A stretch of 64,000 bases of DNA, from assembly GCF_006345805.1 (NCBI RefSeq), contig NC_043014.1:19592001-19656000 (forward strand). The letters run 5' to 3'. A program made the translations under genes and the position numbers. Below, piece by piece: positions 25,804 to 39,949 of the stretch. This stretch comes from Octopus sinensis (Eukaryota). How positions within the stretch are numbered: position 1 is the first letter of the stretch; each line of letters opens with the position of its first letter. The notes beneath the pieces were generated by a model that was given only the letters and a program-made list of their open reading frames with translations, was not told where the DNA came from and searched no databases.

Positions 25804-26469
25804 TTTTATATTGTCCAGTTATTACTCGTAGTCTGATATTTTCATTTTCATTGCGCTCTCTGTTAGCTGTTTTCACGAAAATTATGATTTATTTTATAAT
25901 TATGAGAGTTTTATTGCTGTTACAATTAGCTACTCACCTTCATAAGTTTATTCTAAATTCCGTTTCTACTATTAATTTCACTAATGCGAGCATCCTTCTA
26001 CATTTTTATGAATTAAACTGAAAATTTAATAGATTTGTTCTGATAATATTGCAATTCTTTCTCTTTCATCATTTCCTTAACTACGATGTACAGAAACTGT
26101 TAAACTCTCATATGACTTCCTTTGCAGTCCGTTGATGAATGCATCACGTGGCCATTGACTATTATAAACGTCTGGCTACTAGAAATACGATAGTAACTAG
26201 AGAATAAAATCAAATTAAATCAAAACATACAAATTGAAATAGTATACATATTTATTTTTAATCCATACTGTCAGACAAACAACGTAAGATAATGCTTCTA
26301 TGATGAAGCTGAATAATAATACTGAAAAGAAATCTTTCCTCAGAGTCGATTTGTTTATATATATTTATATATAGATAAATATTTTCTGTTCACATACATT
26401 TGTATTAAGAAGAGGTTTCATAAACAAACACAAAATGTCGAGCACCGACTTTACTCCAACAAATCGACA

Positions 26470-26612
26470 CGGAACTTATTTTTTGTAAGCCTAGTACTTA
26501 TTCTATCGGTCTCTTTTACCGAACCGCTTAGTTACAGGGAGGTAAATACATCAACATCGGTTGACAAGGTGATGGTGGGAGGGGACAAACACATACACAA
26601 AAGCATACATGC

Positions 26613-26652
<40 letters not shown>

Positions 26653-26801
26653 CGAGCTTCTTTCAGTTTCCGTCTACCGAATCTACTCACAAGGCTTTCG
26701 TCGCCTTGAGGTTATAGCAGAAGACACTTGACCAAGGTGTCACTATGTGGGACTGAACCCGGAACCATGTGTTTGCTAAGCATGTTTCTTACCACACAGC
26801 C
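26470..26801 (-). mobile_element. SINE family A, partial
   Basis: Similarity to family A body and head. Confidence 0.8.
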
Positions 26802-26849
26802 AGATACATATATATACATGTTTGTATGACTTTTTGAAATATAGAAGTC

Positions 26850-27769
26850 AAGCACAAAATACAAATCCCTAGCGATGCTGCAATTTGGACGCAATTTACA
26901 GGTGGGCTGAGAAAAATAATATGCAGTTTAATGCTAGAAAATTCCAATCCCTGCACTACAAGCACACAAAATTTAAGGAAAAACATACAGGGTACAATCC
27001 CAGAACATAAATCAGTGAGGGACCTGGGTATCGACATGAGTGATAATACTTCTTTCCAAGTACACATTACCAAGATGGCGACAAAGTGCAGACGACTGGC
27101 TAAATGAATCCTGAGAACCTTCAGAACCAGAGAGAAGGAAACCTTGAGGTTCCTCTGGAGGACATTGGTCCTGGAATACAGCTCCCAACTATGGCTATCC
27201 AACAGTGTAAAATTAACAGAGGACCTTGAAGCAATCTAGTGAAGCTATACAAAGATAATCGTCTCATTGCAACATCTCAGCCATTAGGAAAGGCTCAAAC
27301 AGTTAAGTCTCTTCTCCCTGGAGCGAAGGCGGAAGAGATATACAGTAATATACATCTGGAAAAACCTGGAAGGGAATTGCCAAATTTTGGCATTGAAAGC
27401 TATACAAATGCCAGAACGGGTCGCCACTGCGCAGTGCCGAAGATCCTAACATTACCGTCACGTTTCAGGACCAGTTACTGCAATAGTCTAGGTTTCAAGG
27501 GCCCATAGTATTTTAATATTTTCCCAAAGGTCCCGAGGGACCTACATACATTGAATGTAGGTGTTTACAAAATAAAAGTGGATCTCTTCCTGGAAAGTCC
27601 CAAATGAAACTACCTTGCGGCAGGGGTCGCAAATGAGGAAAGTGACGTCAATATTGCTTATCCACCAAATGCCATATATCAGAGGAGACTCTCAATAATA
27701 TCAGTGTAGCAGAACGGCGGCGCCCCACCATGGCCGCCGCTTTGAGCTGAAGCTGATAAAAGGATAAAA

Positions 27770-27771
<2 letters not shown>
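26850..27771 (+). mobile_element. 5'-truncated CR1/L2-group LINE: RT C-terminus, 3' UTR and short tandem tail
   Basis: DLGIDMSDNTSFQVHITKMATKCRRLA*ILRTFRTRE, LEYSSQLW, SLERRR, and a GP-YFNIFP-like terminal motif; ends ggcggcgccccaccatggcc...ctgaagctgataaaaggataaaag. Confidence 0.8.
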
Positions 27772-27808
<37 letters not shown>

Positions 27809-28537
27809 GTGAGAGAGAGAGAGATACATACATAGACAGACAAATATCTGTTTGTGTGTGTGTGTGTGTATGCGGCCACTCACGGATATACACACAAGAG
27901 ACTCAGAATGAAACTGATACCAGTCAGTTCTATTTCGTTAACAAAAAAAAACATACATTCGCGAATACCCATACATCTATATCTGAACAAGGAGTAGATG
28001 AAAAGAAATTCTTTCCAATCCATGTTGATTCGGCTTATAGCACTTGACTACAAGAAAACTCCTGAACACAGAGAAAGAAACAATTAAAAATAACCAGCTT
28101 GGCAGTCGTGGTTCGTACAAATAATTAGAGGTATCATAATAGTTTTTATATGTAACATAAATCATTTGAAGATCAGATAAGATTACAAAGACTAATGAAA
28201 AAAATAAAAGAATGGGTACACAATACTGTAGAGTAAATAAAATACTACAAAGACAACTTAATGATGCACTTAAGAGTAGTATTTGAAAAAAATACAATGT
28301 GATAGCCATAATTATTATCGACCAGCCGATGTCTACAGATGCTCGAGTAAAGAGCGATGAAGACAGTATTACAAAAAAATTGAGTCTAAACAAAGCAGAA
28401 AACAAAATAGACCTTCTAGGGAAGAGAAAGGGGAGAGAGAAACAGAGAAAGAGAGAAAAAGAAAGCGAGAGTGATGAGAAGTGACATACAGACAGACAGG
28501 CACACACACATGCACACACATATACAAACTATATATA

Positions 28538-28580
<43 letters not shown>

Positions 28581-29499
28581 AGCATACATACATACATATA
28601 TATATATATATATTATATATATATATATATATACGCGCACAGACTTATTTATGTATAATAGTGCAATACAGAAATTGATATACAAACCATCCGACAGACA
28701 TCGTAAACTGAATAATACCAAAAAAATAAAAAGGGAATAAATAAAGGATATTAAATAGATATATTAGAAAATGACCGAAACAATTTGCGAATAAAAGAAA
28801 GAGAATACCGCAAGAAATGATAGACAACATTGCAAATATAAAGGGGTTATGAAATAGCGTATTCTGTTTTCTGTTATTAAGAAAAAGCCACATGAAAACA
28901 CTGCAGAACGAAATAGCCAACCAGAAGGGAAGAAAAGCGTAATTCATATGAATATATTATAAAAAGGAATAAAACTTCTCAACATGGAGTATATAATTCT
29001 TGACAAATATCATGAACAGAATTTTCAAAATTATCCTCGAACCAAATAAATTAAAGACATCTAAAATAGAAATGATTGAAGTCACTCTTTGTGATGAGTA
29101 AATATAATGAATGATGATGTAAGATGATTCCTGCAAGCAAATCTCAATTCGCGCAATATCTAATTGCTTATGTTTCAAGCACAAAGCTTCGCATAAAGAT
29201 ATTAAGCATCGTTTCTTTCTAATTCTACACAAGCATGAAAGAAAAGCCTTAGGATTAACGAAGGCATGCACAAATATCTTAACACTGACCACATCATGTA
29301 TAAAAAATGTTCTTCTATAAAATACTTATCTAATTTATACGTTTCACTAATTTGAGTTACAATTGATTGCAATATTTGTTTTCACCAAAAACAGCATGAA
29401 AATGTAGAACATAGCGTGTCGCAGTAGATTTATAAATATCAATTACATATACTACGCCTGTATGCATATATCTACATCTATATCTATTTATCTCTCTCT

Positions 29500-29889
29500 T
29501 TTTTACTTGTTTCAGTCATTTGACTGCGGCCATGCTGGAGCACTGCCTTTAGTCGAGCAAATCGACCCCAGGACTTATTCTTTGCAAGCCTAGTACTTAT
29601 TCTATCGGACTCTTTTACGGAACCGCTAAGTTACGGAGACGTAAACACACCAGCATCCGTTGTCAAGCGATGCTGGGGGACAAACACAGACACACACACA
29701 AACATATATATACATACACATATATACGACGGGCTTGTTTCAGTTTCCGTCTACCAAATCCACTCACAAGGTTTGGTCGGCTCGAGGCTAAAGTAGACGA
29801 CACTTCCTCAAGGTGCCACGCAGAGGGACTGAACCCGGAACCATGTGGTTGGTAAGCAAGCTACTTACCACACAGCCATTACTGCGCCT
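29500..29889 (-). mobile_element. SINE family A, full length
   Basis: Reverse complement matches 55659-56066 end to end. Confidence 0.9.
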
Positions 29890-30131
29890 AACTATCTTTC
29901 CTTCTCGCTTGTTTACTCGTTTTCACCATTTTGACTACCTTATATATGTGTCTGTGCGTGTGCGTATGTGTGTATGTCCGGGTGTTTGCGTATGTGTGTG
30001 AGCGTATATGAATGTGCGTGAGCGAGTATGCGTGTATATATAAAAGCTAGAATACACACGCCAATACATGCAAACACATGCACGCACATACACACACACG
30101 CTGACATCTATATATATATATATATATGTAT

Positions 30132-30193
<62 letters not shown>

Positions 30194-30237
30194 GGGTATC
30201 TGAGAGACATCCCCATGCCGAAATAGCAGTCGAACCC
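30194..30237 (+). ncRNA. Degenerate hammerhead immediately after (TA)n
   Basis: GGGTAT CTGA-GA GACAT-cccc-ATGCC GAAA tagca GTC GAACCC; one core nucleotide missing; stem I GGGT/ACCC. Confidence 0.5.
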
Positions 30238-30463
30238 TGACTCTAAAAACCACCTAAAATGTTCATATCGCACCATGAGATAAGACAGAGAGACAAAATT
30301 AACTAGCAAAAAGATATTACTGGATAATTCAAGATCCTGGATTATCCAGTAATATCTTTTTTATTTGACTCCCTTAATTATAGTTGCGAAAAATTATTAC
30401 CTTTGTATGGTATTTATTCCCATGCTGGCCACTTCATAATATCGATATTATCCTTATTTATAA

Positions 30464-30504
<41 letters not shown>

Positions 30505-31347
30505 ATGTATGTGTGTGTGTATGTATATGTATATATATATATATATATGTGTCTGTGTGTGTGTGTGTGTGGTGGAATTACTGGATTTGCTGCTAAAGCT
30601 GAATGCGTACTATTTCAAGGGAGATAATTGCATCTAATTTTATTTTATGTTGATAAATCATTAGCAAAGATTGGAAAGAGCATACATATATTTTCATATA
30701 ATTCAATTGCTTTCTAAAGAATGATGTCTTTAAAGTCTCTGGTAGCCGTAGATGCTACTATTTCGGCCTCTTTCTAAACTCTTTAACACGACATAATTCG
30801 AGATTCTAACATTAACTTCTAAATTTATTGAAAAAACATAAAACGAGCCATTTCTTTTTCCTTTCTTCTTTTTCTAACTGTTGAGAAAAGAAGAAAAAGA
30901 AGGGAACAGAAACCGGCATAAAGTGGGGTGGGGGAAGAACTTCTGACATGAAATATCTTGCATGGTTTTTTAAATAGTTCCATTTTAGATTTGCCTTGTG
31001 TAATGATTTTTTGCGTAGAGGCATTTAATGATTTCACTACGAGTGTATACTTAAGACTCCTACGTTCTTCCCAGTCACAAATACGGAATTTCTGGCTGTA
31101 TTTTCCTGTTGCGTTATCCGTCGGGATGATTTGGAATTAGTATCCTTTTATTTCATCTTGCAATGGAATTTTGCCATTTGTTTATGTGAATAGCATTTGA
31201 TAATCTGCCAGTGTTTCATATACACGTGGTGGAATTATTAGGAATTGCTATCGAGAGAGAGAGAGAGAGAGAAGTAGGCAGGTTGGTAGGTAGGGATGGA
31301 GGGAGGGAGTTTGGGACGGGGTAAGTAGATAGATGATGTATATATAT

Positions 31348-31657
<310 letters not shown>

Positions 31658-31789
31658 TTTAGATATTTCAATTTTTAAGATACTACTCAACTTCTGAACG
31701 TTGACTATAGAAAGTTTTGTACACAAACTTTGCTGATTTATTAGAAAAGTAACTGCATCCCATCATATAGTTATAAACAAAAGTGAATG

Positions 31790-32300
31790 ACAAACTAATT
31801 TTCTGGATCGGAACAAGTGGAGAGGTGCTGTCAGGACTGGTTGCAACGGCTGGGAGGAAAATATGATTCAGTACTTTGAGCTTAAAAGGGCTTGTCGGAA
31901 AGGAACGGTTGAAACTGAAATCAGCAGTGTTCTGTTATCAAAAGCAGGATACGTGAATCACATCAAGTCACATAAAATCGAAATGCCCAGGTAGATTATA
32001 ATCTTGAAGCCCCACTACCTCATACGACTTGTGCCATATGTCACAAAATTTGCAAGACAATGTCTGGACTTAAAACACATATGCTAGTTCACAAAAACAG
32101 TCCTTCAGAATCAGATTCCAAAGGACAAAGACGTAGAAGAAACTTGAATAATATCTGTCACTTGTGTTTTAAAACCTGCCAATCTGCAGCTCGTCTTAAA
32201 AGTCACCTGAAGGCTCGCCAACGGAAGAGTTGTGATGGGGTGTGATGTGAATGTTAAGTCAAGATGAAGCTATCATGATGATGATGATGATGATGATGAT
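31790..32300 (+). mobile_element. 3' end of an RTE-type LINE carrying two C2H2 zinc-finger motifs, with an (ATG)n tail
   Basis: LDRNKWRGAVRTG (RTE DRxxWR motif), then CAICHKICKTMSGLKTHMLVH and CHLCFKTCQSAARLKSHLKAR; (gat)n at 32275-32300. Confidence 0.7.
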
Positions 32301-32301
32301 C

Positions 32302-32461
32302 AGCTGAAGATTGGCAGGTTTTAAAACACAAGTGACAGATATTATTCAAGTTTCTTCTACATTTTTGTCCTTTGGAATCTGATCCTGAAGGACTGTTTTG
32401 GTGAACTAGCATATGCGTTTTAAGTCCAGACATTGTCTTACAAGTTTTGGGACATATAGCA
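32302..32461 (-). repeat. Inverted duplicate of 32031-32191 (zinc-finger-coding segment)
   Basis: Minus-strand ORF AICPKTCKTMSGLKTHMLVH..CHLCFKTCQS matches the plus-strand ORF with a few substitutions. Confidence 0.9.
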
Positions 32462-34435
32462 AAACACTTCATTTCACGTCCCTACAATCCATTTAGATTT
32501 AAATGAGTAGTCCTGCAATGAACCAGCGTCCTGTCTAGGGAGGAATATATACGCCAGAGAAACCAGGAGACCGTCCCTGTGCTCCTTGCAGATTAATGTG
32601 GACCAACAATATATATAATATAATATAATATATATATATTTGCCCATTAAACTACGTTTACTCCGAGGTTACTTCAAATAATATGAGCCTAGCGTGGCCT
32701 AATAATTAATAAATTCGTTTCGCTACCACGATCTCTCTTGTTTGATTCCATTGGGAGAATGCCATTAGGTGGATTCCATTATGCGGCTTTTTGGGTAAGA
32801 CTCCTTTCTTAAAACAGTGGGTCGACCCAAAATTCGAGAATGAATTCGGTTGGATGGAAATTGTGCAGAACACCTTTGGATGGTTTACACCTCTGATTCC
32901 GACAGAACATCCGTATCAGGTACACTGTATCACGCTGACTCTGCCTGAAGATAACATTAAGGGTGTACCTGTACGTGGACTACTCAGGCACTTTTACACT
33001 AATTCGGGAGAAGGTCATGCACTTAATCCAATAACTGTATGATTCCTCATAATCGAGCAGTGGAAATCCACTCCCACATCCACGATCAAGATTAAATGTT
33101 TTAAAATTAAATATACCCATATTTGAAAAATTATGTATAAAAGTATATGTGTAAGTACGATCAGTTGTGTGTGCATGTGCGTGTGTGTGTGCGCGCGCGC
33201 GTGTGTGTGTGTATGTGTGTGTATGTGTGTGTGTGTGACAGTGTAATTATGAGAAGTGTATATTCGCGTATAAAGTATATCGAATGTAAGGCAACAAGAA
33301 GCTCATCTTCGAAAGAATCAATTTAAAGTGTAGGAGTTGAGTAATTTTATCACCTTTGCTTTTAGTACAGTTAAATTACACACAAACACACACACACACA
33401 CATACACATGCATGTGTACATATATATTCATATACTATATACATGTATATCTCTGTGAGTATTTGACTGTATGTATGTCTCTATATCCATACTATTTATT
33501 TATTATGTCTCTATATCCATACGCATTCACCCACATATCAGTACACGCTCAAATATTTTCTTGTATGCTCTACCATTGCGTTTTCACGCTCCTACGCTGT
33601 TTTACACGGAGCGCAAAAATACACGCATTCGCGAACAGGCAGTCACGTACACGTAAGCTTTCAGAGTTAAGTGATGAAATCACATTCGTAGATACATGAG
33701 AACTTCTAAAATGAACTGGAATTCATTCAGAAACGAAAGAACACAATGATTTCTATGAAGATATTTAAGATAGAGTTAACAGTGTATATTCAACATCATA
33801 CACTGTAATGGTAAATCCATTGCAGAACGCTGGTTAAATACGTTATCAGAAATAGCTGGAAGCAGGAATAACTTTGGCATTAACGGTAAATCAATACATC
33901 TAGCAATTTGCTAACAACATAGCAAAAACACTGTGTTGGCTGAAAGTCTTAGAACGATATCACAACTTTCTTCTCCAAAATATTTGTAACTTATTGTTTT
34001 TTATTTGACTTACATTCATATATTATTTATTACTTTTTTTTTATTGTTTGAGTATGACGGACACCGTACGGGTGTATATTTGTATGTGTGTGTGAGCGTG
34101 TGTGTGTGTGTGTTGGTGCGAATGTGTCCGTCTTTTTTGCGTAAGTCTTTGTATATTTTTGTGGAATGTACGAATTGGTGCTTTGGATATGTGCTCTACA
34201 ATACTATCAAAACTTTTGAATTCTCTCTCTCTCTCTTTCTTCCTCTCTGTCTCTGTTTCTCCATCTCTCTCTCTCTCACTCTGTATGTATACACACACAC
34301 AAGTAAATATATATACATACTCATATGTAAATTCATTTATAAAATATACACATATATATATATATACACATGTATGTATGATGGTATGTATGTATATGTA
34401 TGTATGAATAATATAGATATACGTGTGTGCGTGTA

Positions 34436-34498
<63 letters not shown>

Positions 34499-34586
34499 TA
34501 TATATATACACACACACAGAGGCAGGTAGACATATATACAGACAGACAGACAGACATATAGATAGCTAGGTAGCTAACTAGCTAGC

Positions 34587-34687
<101 letters not shown>

Positions 34688-34998
34688 GCATAGATAGATG
34701 GATAGATGTAAATTTTCAATATTTTCTTCAGGTGCTACATTCGAGCTCCATTCTTCATGCTTCTTTAATTCTTATAACCATAAAAATTATAGTGTCGGCA
34801 ACACGTTGAGGTGCTCCATAATTTCGATGATTGAATACCACGTCCAGATTAAACACAATTATACTGCCTTAGCATATATACTTCTATCAAGTGTATAGCT
34901 TGCAAGTGTATATATTAGTGTCCCAACTTTCGGAGATAGGGATAGATACATATATCTGGTGTGTGTGTGTATGTGTGTTTGTGTGTTGTTTGTGTGTA

Positions 34999-35036
<38 letters not shown>

Positions 35037-35196
35037 GTGTGTGTGTGTGTGTGTGTTGTGTTTCTCTTCATGCATATGTAATGCTTCTTTGTCAACAAGA
35101 AGGAAATAAGACAACACCACCTACTGAAAACCTTGTCAACATCTACATATCAAAACTGAGAGTTTCAATTTTCTATAAATTCCACTCTTCGGACTA

Positions 35197-35236
<40 letters not shown>

Positions 35237-35350
35237 TTGTATATATTGATAAAAATGGTAAGATAGCAAAAGAATGAAAGAGACCTCGATATTATGTAAA
35301 TAGAGGAATTTATCTGTAAATGTAATATTTGACAATTATTCGGTAGCTAT

Positions 35351-35411
35351 GATAAAACTCCGAGTTTCGGATGCCGTGGGGGAAATCCACGCCGCCATCT
35401 CTTCAGTTATC
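35351..35411 (-). ncRNA. Minimal type I hammerhead motif in the left arm of a fold-back; a degraded second copy lies on + at ~35443-35487
   Basis: Reverse complement: GATAA CTGAAGA GATG..CGTGG..CCACG..CATC c GAAA CTC G GAG TT TTATC; stem I GATAA/TTATC; GUU triplet; one extra nucleotide at the base of stem II. Confidence 0.7.
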
Positions 35412-35609
35412 CGGCCATCGGATAGCATTTTTCCGATGGCCGGATAACTGAAGAGATGGCGGCGCATCCGAAACTCGGATTTTTTTCATAGCTACCGAAT
35501 AATTGTCACTTATTACATTTACAGATATATATATATATATATATAAGAAGAAGAAGAAGAAGAAGAAGAAGAATGATAATGATAATGATAATAATAATAA
35601 TGATGATGA

Positions 35610-35679
<70 letters not shown>

Positions 35680-35683
35680 ATAA

Positions 35684-35719
<36 letters not shown>

Positions 35720-37529
35720 TATTATTATTATTATTATTATTATGTACAGAATTGTAAAAATCGACGCTGCTTACCAGAAAAAATATCGCATATGTATGTA
35801 TACATGTATCAGAATGGCACGGCGCTTCATAAGAATTTCATTTTTGCATTGTTATTACATTGTACGTCTTCTAGGCTGTTTTCAGTTTGGAAGGCAGGCA
35901 ATGGAAGACCTAATGTTTGATGCAAGTCTGATGAAGTGACACTCTATTGTGTAAACTGGCGTTAAAAGCACAGTTGGTACGGAAACAATTGGTATCGATC
36001 ATTAAAAATTTGGTTAAATACGGTATCAGAAATAGCGTGTAATGTGTGTATATATGTGTATACTTATGAATCTGCATGTTTATGTATATGTATGTATAGG
36101 CGTGCAGATGTGAATGTGTGTTTGTGCACGGCCTTTACTGGTAAAGTCGGAATAGACCATCGAACACCGAGTATCTAGAATCACCTTATCCAATATTTGA
36201 ATTGAGTAATGTGATCCTAGATACACTGCCCATTAAGGCAATGAATAAAACAATATGACGACGGTTGTAATATTTTAGATCGAATGTCTTTTTTGATCTG
36301 TGAATTAAATAACACAGCCGACACCAATAACAATTTTATACAAAACATTGTGATTAATATTGACTAGGATAAATAACTTTCATTCATATTTTTAAAAATC
36401 TATACACACATACAAACACAGAGACAGAGGTACAGATATATACATGCAATGACATACTCCATTACGAGCACAAACACACATATAATCCAAATATTGTTGA
36501 CTAATTAATAAATGTTGACTTCTTATGAAACTTAATACTCCACTCATCTGTCGCTGCTGATCTACGCTTTCAATCTATGATTCCTCTTTGAAGAACTGTC
36601 TGCTCTAATCAACAATACACTAAAGAGATCTTTTGACACATTCCAGCCAACCAAACCCGATTACCAATCTAGTCATTGTCGCCGCCGCCGCCGTCGTCGT
36701 CGTCATCATCATCATCGTCGTCGTCGTCGTCACCATCCTCCTCCTCCTCCTCCTCATCATCATCATCATAAAAACCACTACCACAACCACCACCACAAAC
36801 TGCCTGATCAATAATGTATAGAAATACTAACTTCAAATATCGCATTTTCTTTCTAGCTCCTGAATGAAAGAACCACTTTATGACACATAACATATTCCAT
36901 CTGCGACTCTTTGCTCAATTAGCTATTTCATAACGGAATCCGCAGTACAGCTATACTGTAGTTATCATATCACGCTTCCTTTAACACTTTAAAGCCAGGA
37001 ACCCACATCACGAAAACTTCTTGTATTGGTGACAACACTTTCCCGTTCCTTTCACATTAGGACGCCGCTACACCAGTGCGCGCAAGCACGCATGCACGCG
37101 AAAAATATATTTAGCTATGATAAGTAGCTGCGGTCAGGCCAAACAGCAACAGCACCGTTTCTCCCTTATTCTAAGACGAAGGGTAAGGCCCGAAACTCTA
37201 TAAGTGATTCACGCACACACAAGTACATGCACGCAGGTATAAACTCACATAGCTCTGCCCTTCAGTGACAACTCTTTTTTCATTATATTTAAATTCTCTG
37301 TAGAGAACTATGAATACTCATTAGTAAGGCTTGAAGAAACACATTGCAGCAATACTACACAAGCCTGTTTTTTGTCATTTTACTGAAATGATCTGCATCT
37401 TGTACATTCCTATGTAACAGGGGACCACTTTTCTTGAACCAATAAAATATGTACTTGTGAAGTACTGGAGTGAATACCATCGGTTACACACCTTCCACAA
37501 AATATTGAAGGCGCCTTGTACATACATTC

Positions 37530-37734
37530 TTTTACTCTTTTACTTGTTTCAGTCATTTGATTGCAGTCATGCTGGAGCACGGCCTTTAGTCGAGCAAATC
37601 GACCCAAGACTTATTCTTTGGAAGCCTAGTACTTATTCTATCGGACTCTTTTGCCGAATCCCTATGTTACGGTGTGGGTAAACACACCAGCATCAGTTGT
37701 CAAGCGATGTTGGGGGGACAAACACAGACGCACA

Positions 37735-37790
<56 letters not shown>

Positions 37791-37967
37791 CATATACATA
37801 TACACGACGGGTTTCTTTCAGTTTCCGTCTACCAAATCCACTCCCAAGGCTCTGGTCGGCCGGAGGCTATAGTAGAAGACACTTAACCAAAGTGCCACGC
37901 AGTGGGACTGAACCCGGAACTATCTGGCTGGTAAGTAAGCTGCTTACCACACGGCCACTCCTGCGCT
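37530..37967 (-). mobile_element. SINE family A, full length
   Basis: End-to-end match to family A. Confidence 0.9.
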
Positions 37968-38036
37968 TAATGGTAAAAAATATATTTCCTTGCGCATAAA
38001 GTAGAAACCATTGTTATTATAATTAGTTGTATTAAA

Positions 38037-38445
38037 ACGGCGAGCTGTCCGAATCATTTGCTCGGCGGACATGAGGCTTTGCGTTATTTCTTCAGTCTTT
38101 ACGTTTGGAGCTTAAATCCCGCCGGGATCAACTTTCCCTTCATCCTTTCGTGGTTGATGAAATAAGTATCAATAAATTACTGGGATCGATTTAATTGATT
38201 ACCCACTGCGCTAAAATTTCAGGTCTTGCTCCTGTTAGAAGAAATCATTAATAGTAGTAACATCAAGGCGGCAAGTTATTGGCAAAATGGTTAGCGGCAT
38301 TCTGTCCGTCTTTACTTTCTGAGTTCAAATTCCACCGAGATCGACTTTGCCTTTCATCCTTTCGGGGTCGATAGAATAAGTACAAGTAGAGCATTGAGTC
38401 CCATCCTCCGAATTTGCTGCCCCTGTGCCAAAATTTGAAACCATT
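38037..38445 (+). mobile_element. Two tandem SINE family B copies; others at ~6428-6600 (+), ~22585-22780 (+), ~58314-58500 (+), ~59150-59320 (-)
   Basis: ggcgagctg head, gagttcaaattcc B box, ctttcatcctttcggggtcgat domain. Confidence 0.8.
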
Positions 38446-38469
38446 ATTAGTAGTCGCATCGTCATATTT

Positions 38470-39800
38470 TATAAAACTTCATACGAGTTTCCACTTCACC
38501 AAAAAGCGGCAATGCTATGTCCCTAGGTTTGTGTAATTTTCTTTTGAGCGTGTCGAATATTTTGCTTGTTATAATGCTTCGCCGTAGGTTAATTTTGCTG
38601 TGTCTGGCATTAGCTTAGTTTCGTCATATTGTTTTGTGAAATATGTGCAGTACGAGTTGGGTATATTTTTTTCTAGGATTATTCTATTTCGTTTGTACTC
38701 ATGAGATCAGTTTTATATGGTCTAGAATCCGGTGGTGATTGTGAAGAGTATGAGCTACGTGCCTAGTCTTTACTGTGTCTATATTCATGTGGCTTATCCC
38801 TTATGCTTGAGAATGTGTTGTATCAATTTAGTTGACAAAAAGTGTGTGATGTGTCTGATGTGTGGATTGTGTTATCATATTTTCTTGAAATTCTTTGGTG
38901 TGTGTACTATGTGGGTGTTGTTTTCTATTATTCGGTGGTGCTTTTAACAGAACTTGTGATGTGGGAATCTTTCATGGACGACAGAGTAAGATATATGTTA
39001 TCGAATTAAATATGTATTTCAAAGGAAATATAGTTGATCTAGTAGGACTATTTTTGAACCCTTTGTCGAATTGTGAACCCAACTTGTTTGTTGCGGTTTT
39101 ATACTCTCTTTACTTTTTACTCTTTTACTTGTTTCAGTCATCGGACTGAGGCCATGCTGGAGTTTTTGTCTACCAAATCCACTCACAAGGCTTTGGTCAG
39201 CCCGAGGCTATTAGTAGACGACACTTGCCCAAAGGCCACGCAGTGGGACTGAACCCGGAACCGTGTAGCTGGTAAGCAAGCTACTTACCACACAGCCACC
39301 CCTGCGCCTATGTTTTTTGTTTTTCTGTATTTATACCAGAGCATTGAATCTGTTCACGTTCTCACAAGTCGCATACTGTTTTTGCAAGAGATCAAGCTTT
39401 CTAGAAGAGCAGAGATGTTTTTATTCTAAGCTTTGATAATTATACCTGGACGGTGCATTTTAAATATCTTGGCTACTTGGGCAGGCATGGTCCCAGCTGT
39501 TTGGCTTTTTCGAAGTGTGTAGCGTGTTTAGTACATGCTTATACGACTTATTTCACGCTGAAATGCTGGCACGATAAAAAGTAGACGACGATGCAAATTC
39601 GATCTTGTCTGAAGATATACTCGGACATGTACACAGACAAAGCAGCTGGAAATAAAGCGGTCAATTGTCTCACATTTCGTGTTGGCATTTTTATTGTTCT
39701 TTGTTTTTTTATCTTTCTTTTTCCAGTTATTTGTGGCCAGACATCCTGGCAGCCAAACACAAATTTTTCGTGTCTACTTTTAGCCCAGAGATTTTATGCT
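38470..39800 (-). pseudogene. Decayed LINE remnants (AP-endonuclease-like start and Jockey/I-like C-terminal piece), interrupted by a SINE
   Basis: TIKMPTRNVRQL and MSEYIFRQDR near 39700-39600; QLRTAH near 38650; C/A-rich sense strand. Confidence 0.3.
39105..39309 (-). mobile_element. SINE family A, internally deleted
   Basis: Head and core joined directly to the tail. Confidence 0.8.
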
Positions 39801-39949
39801 ATTGTTGGCTATCTTACTAGCTTATTTCCAATGTTGCATTGCAGGGTATTGACCATCGAGTAGATATTATTTCTATTATCTTTTACTATGATTTAGAATT
39901 TTCCTTTCCTAGCACATTTTGTATTTGTATAAAGTTCATTTTCAATGTA

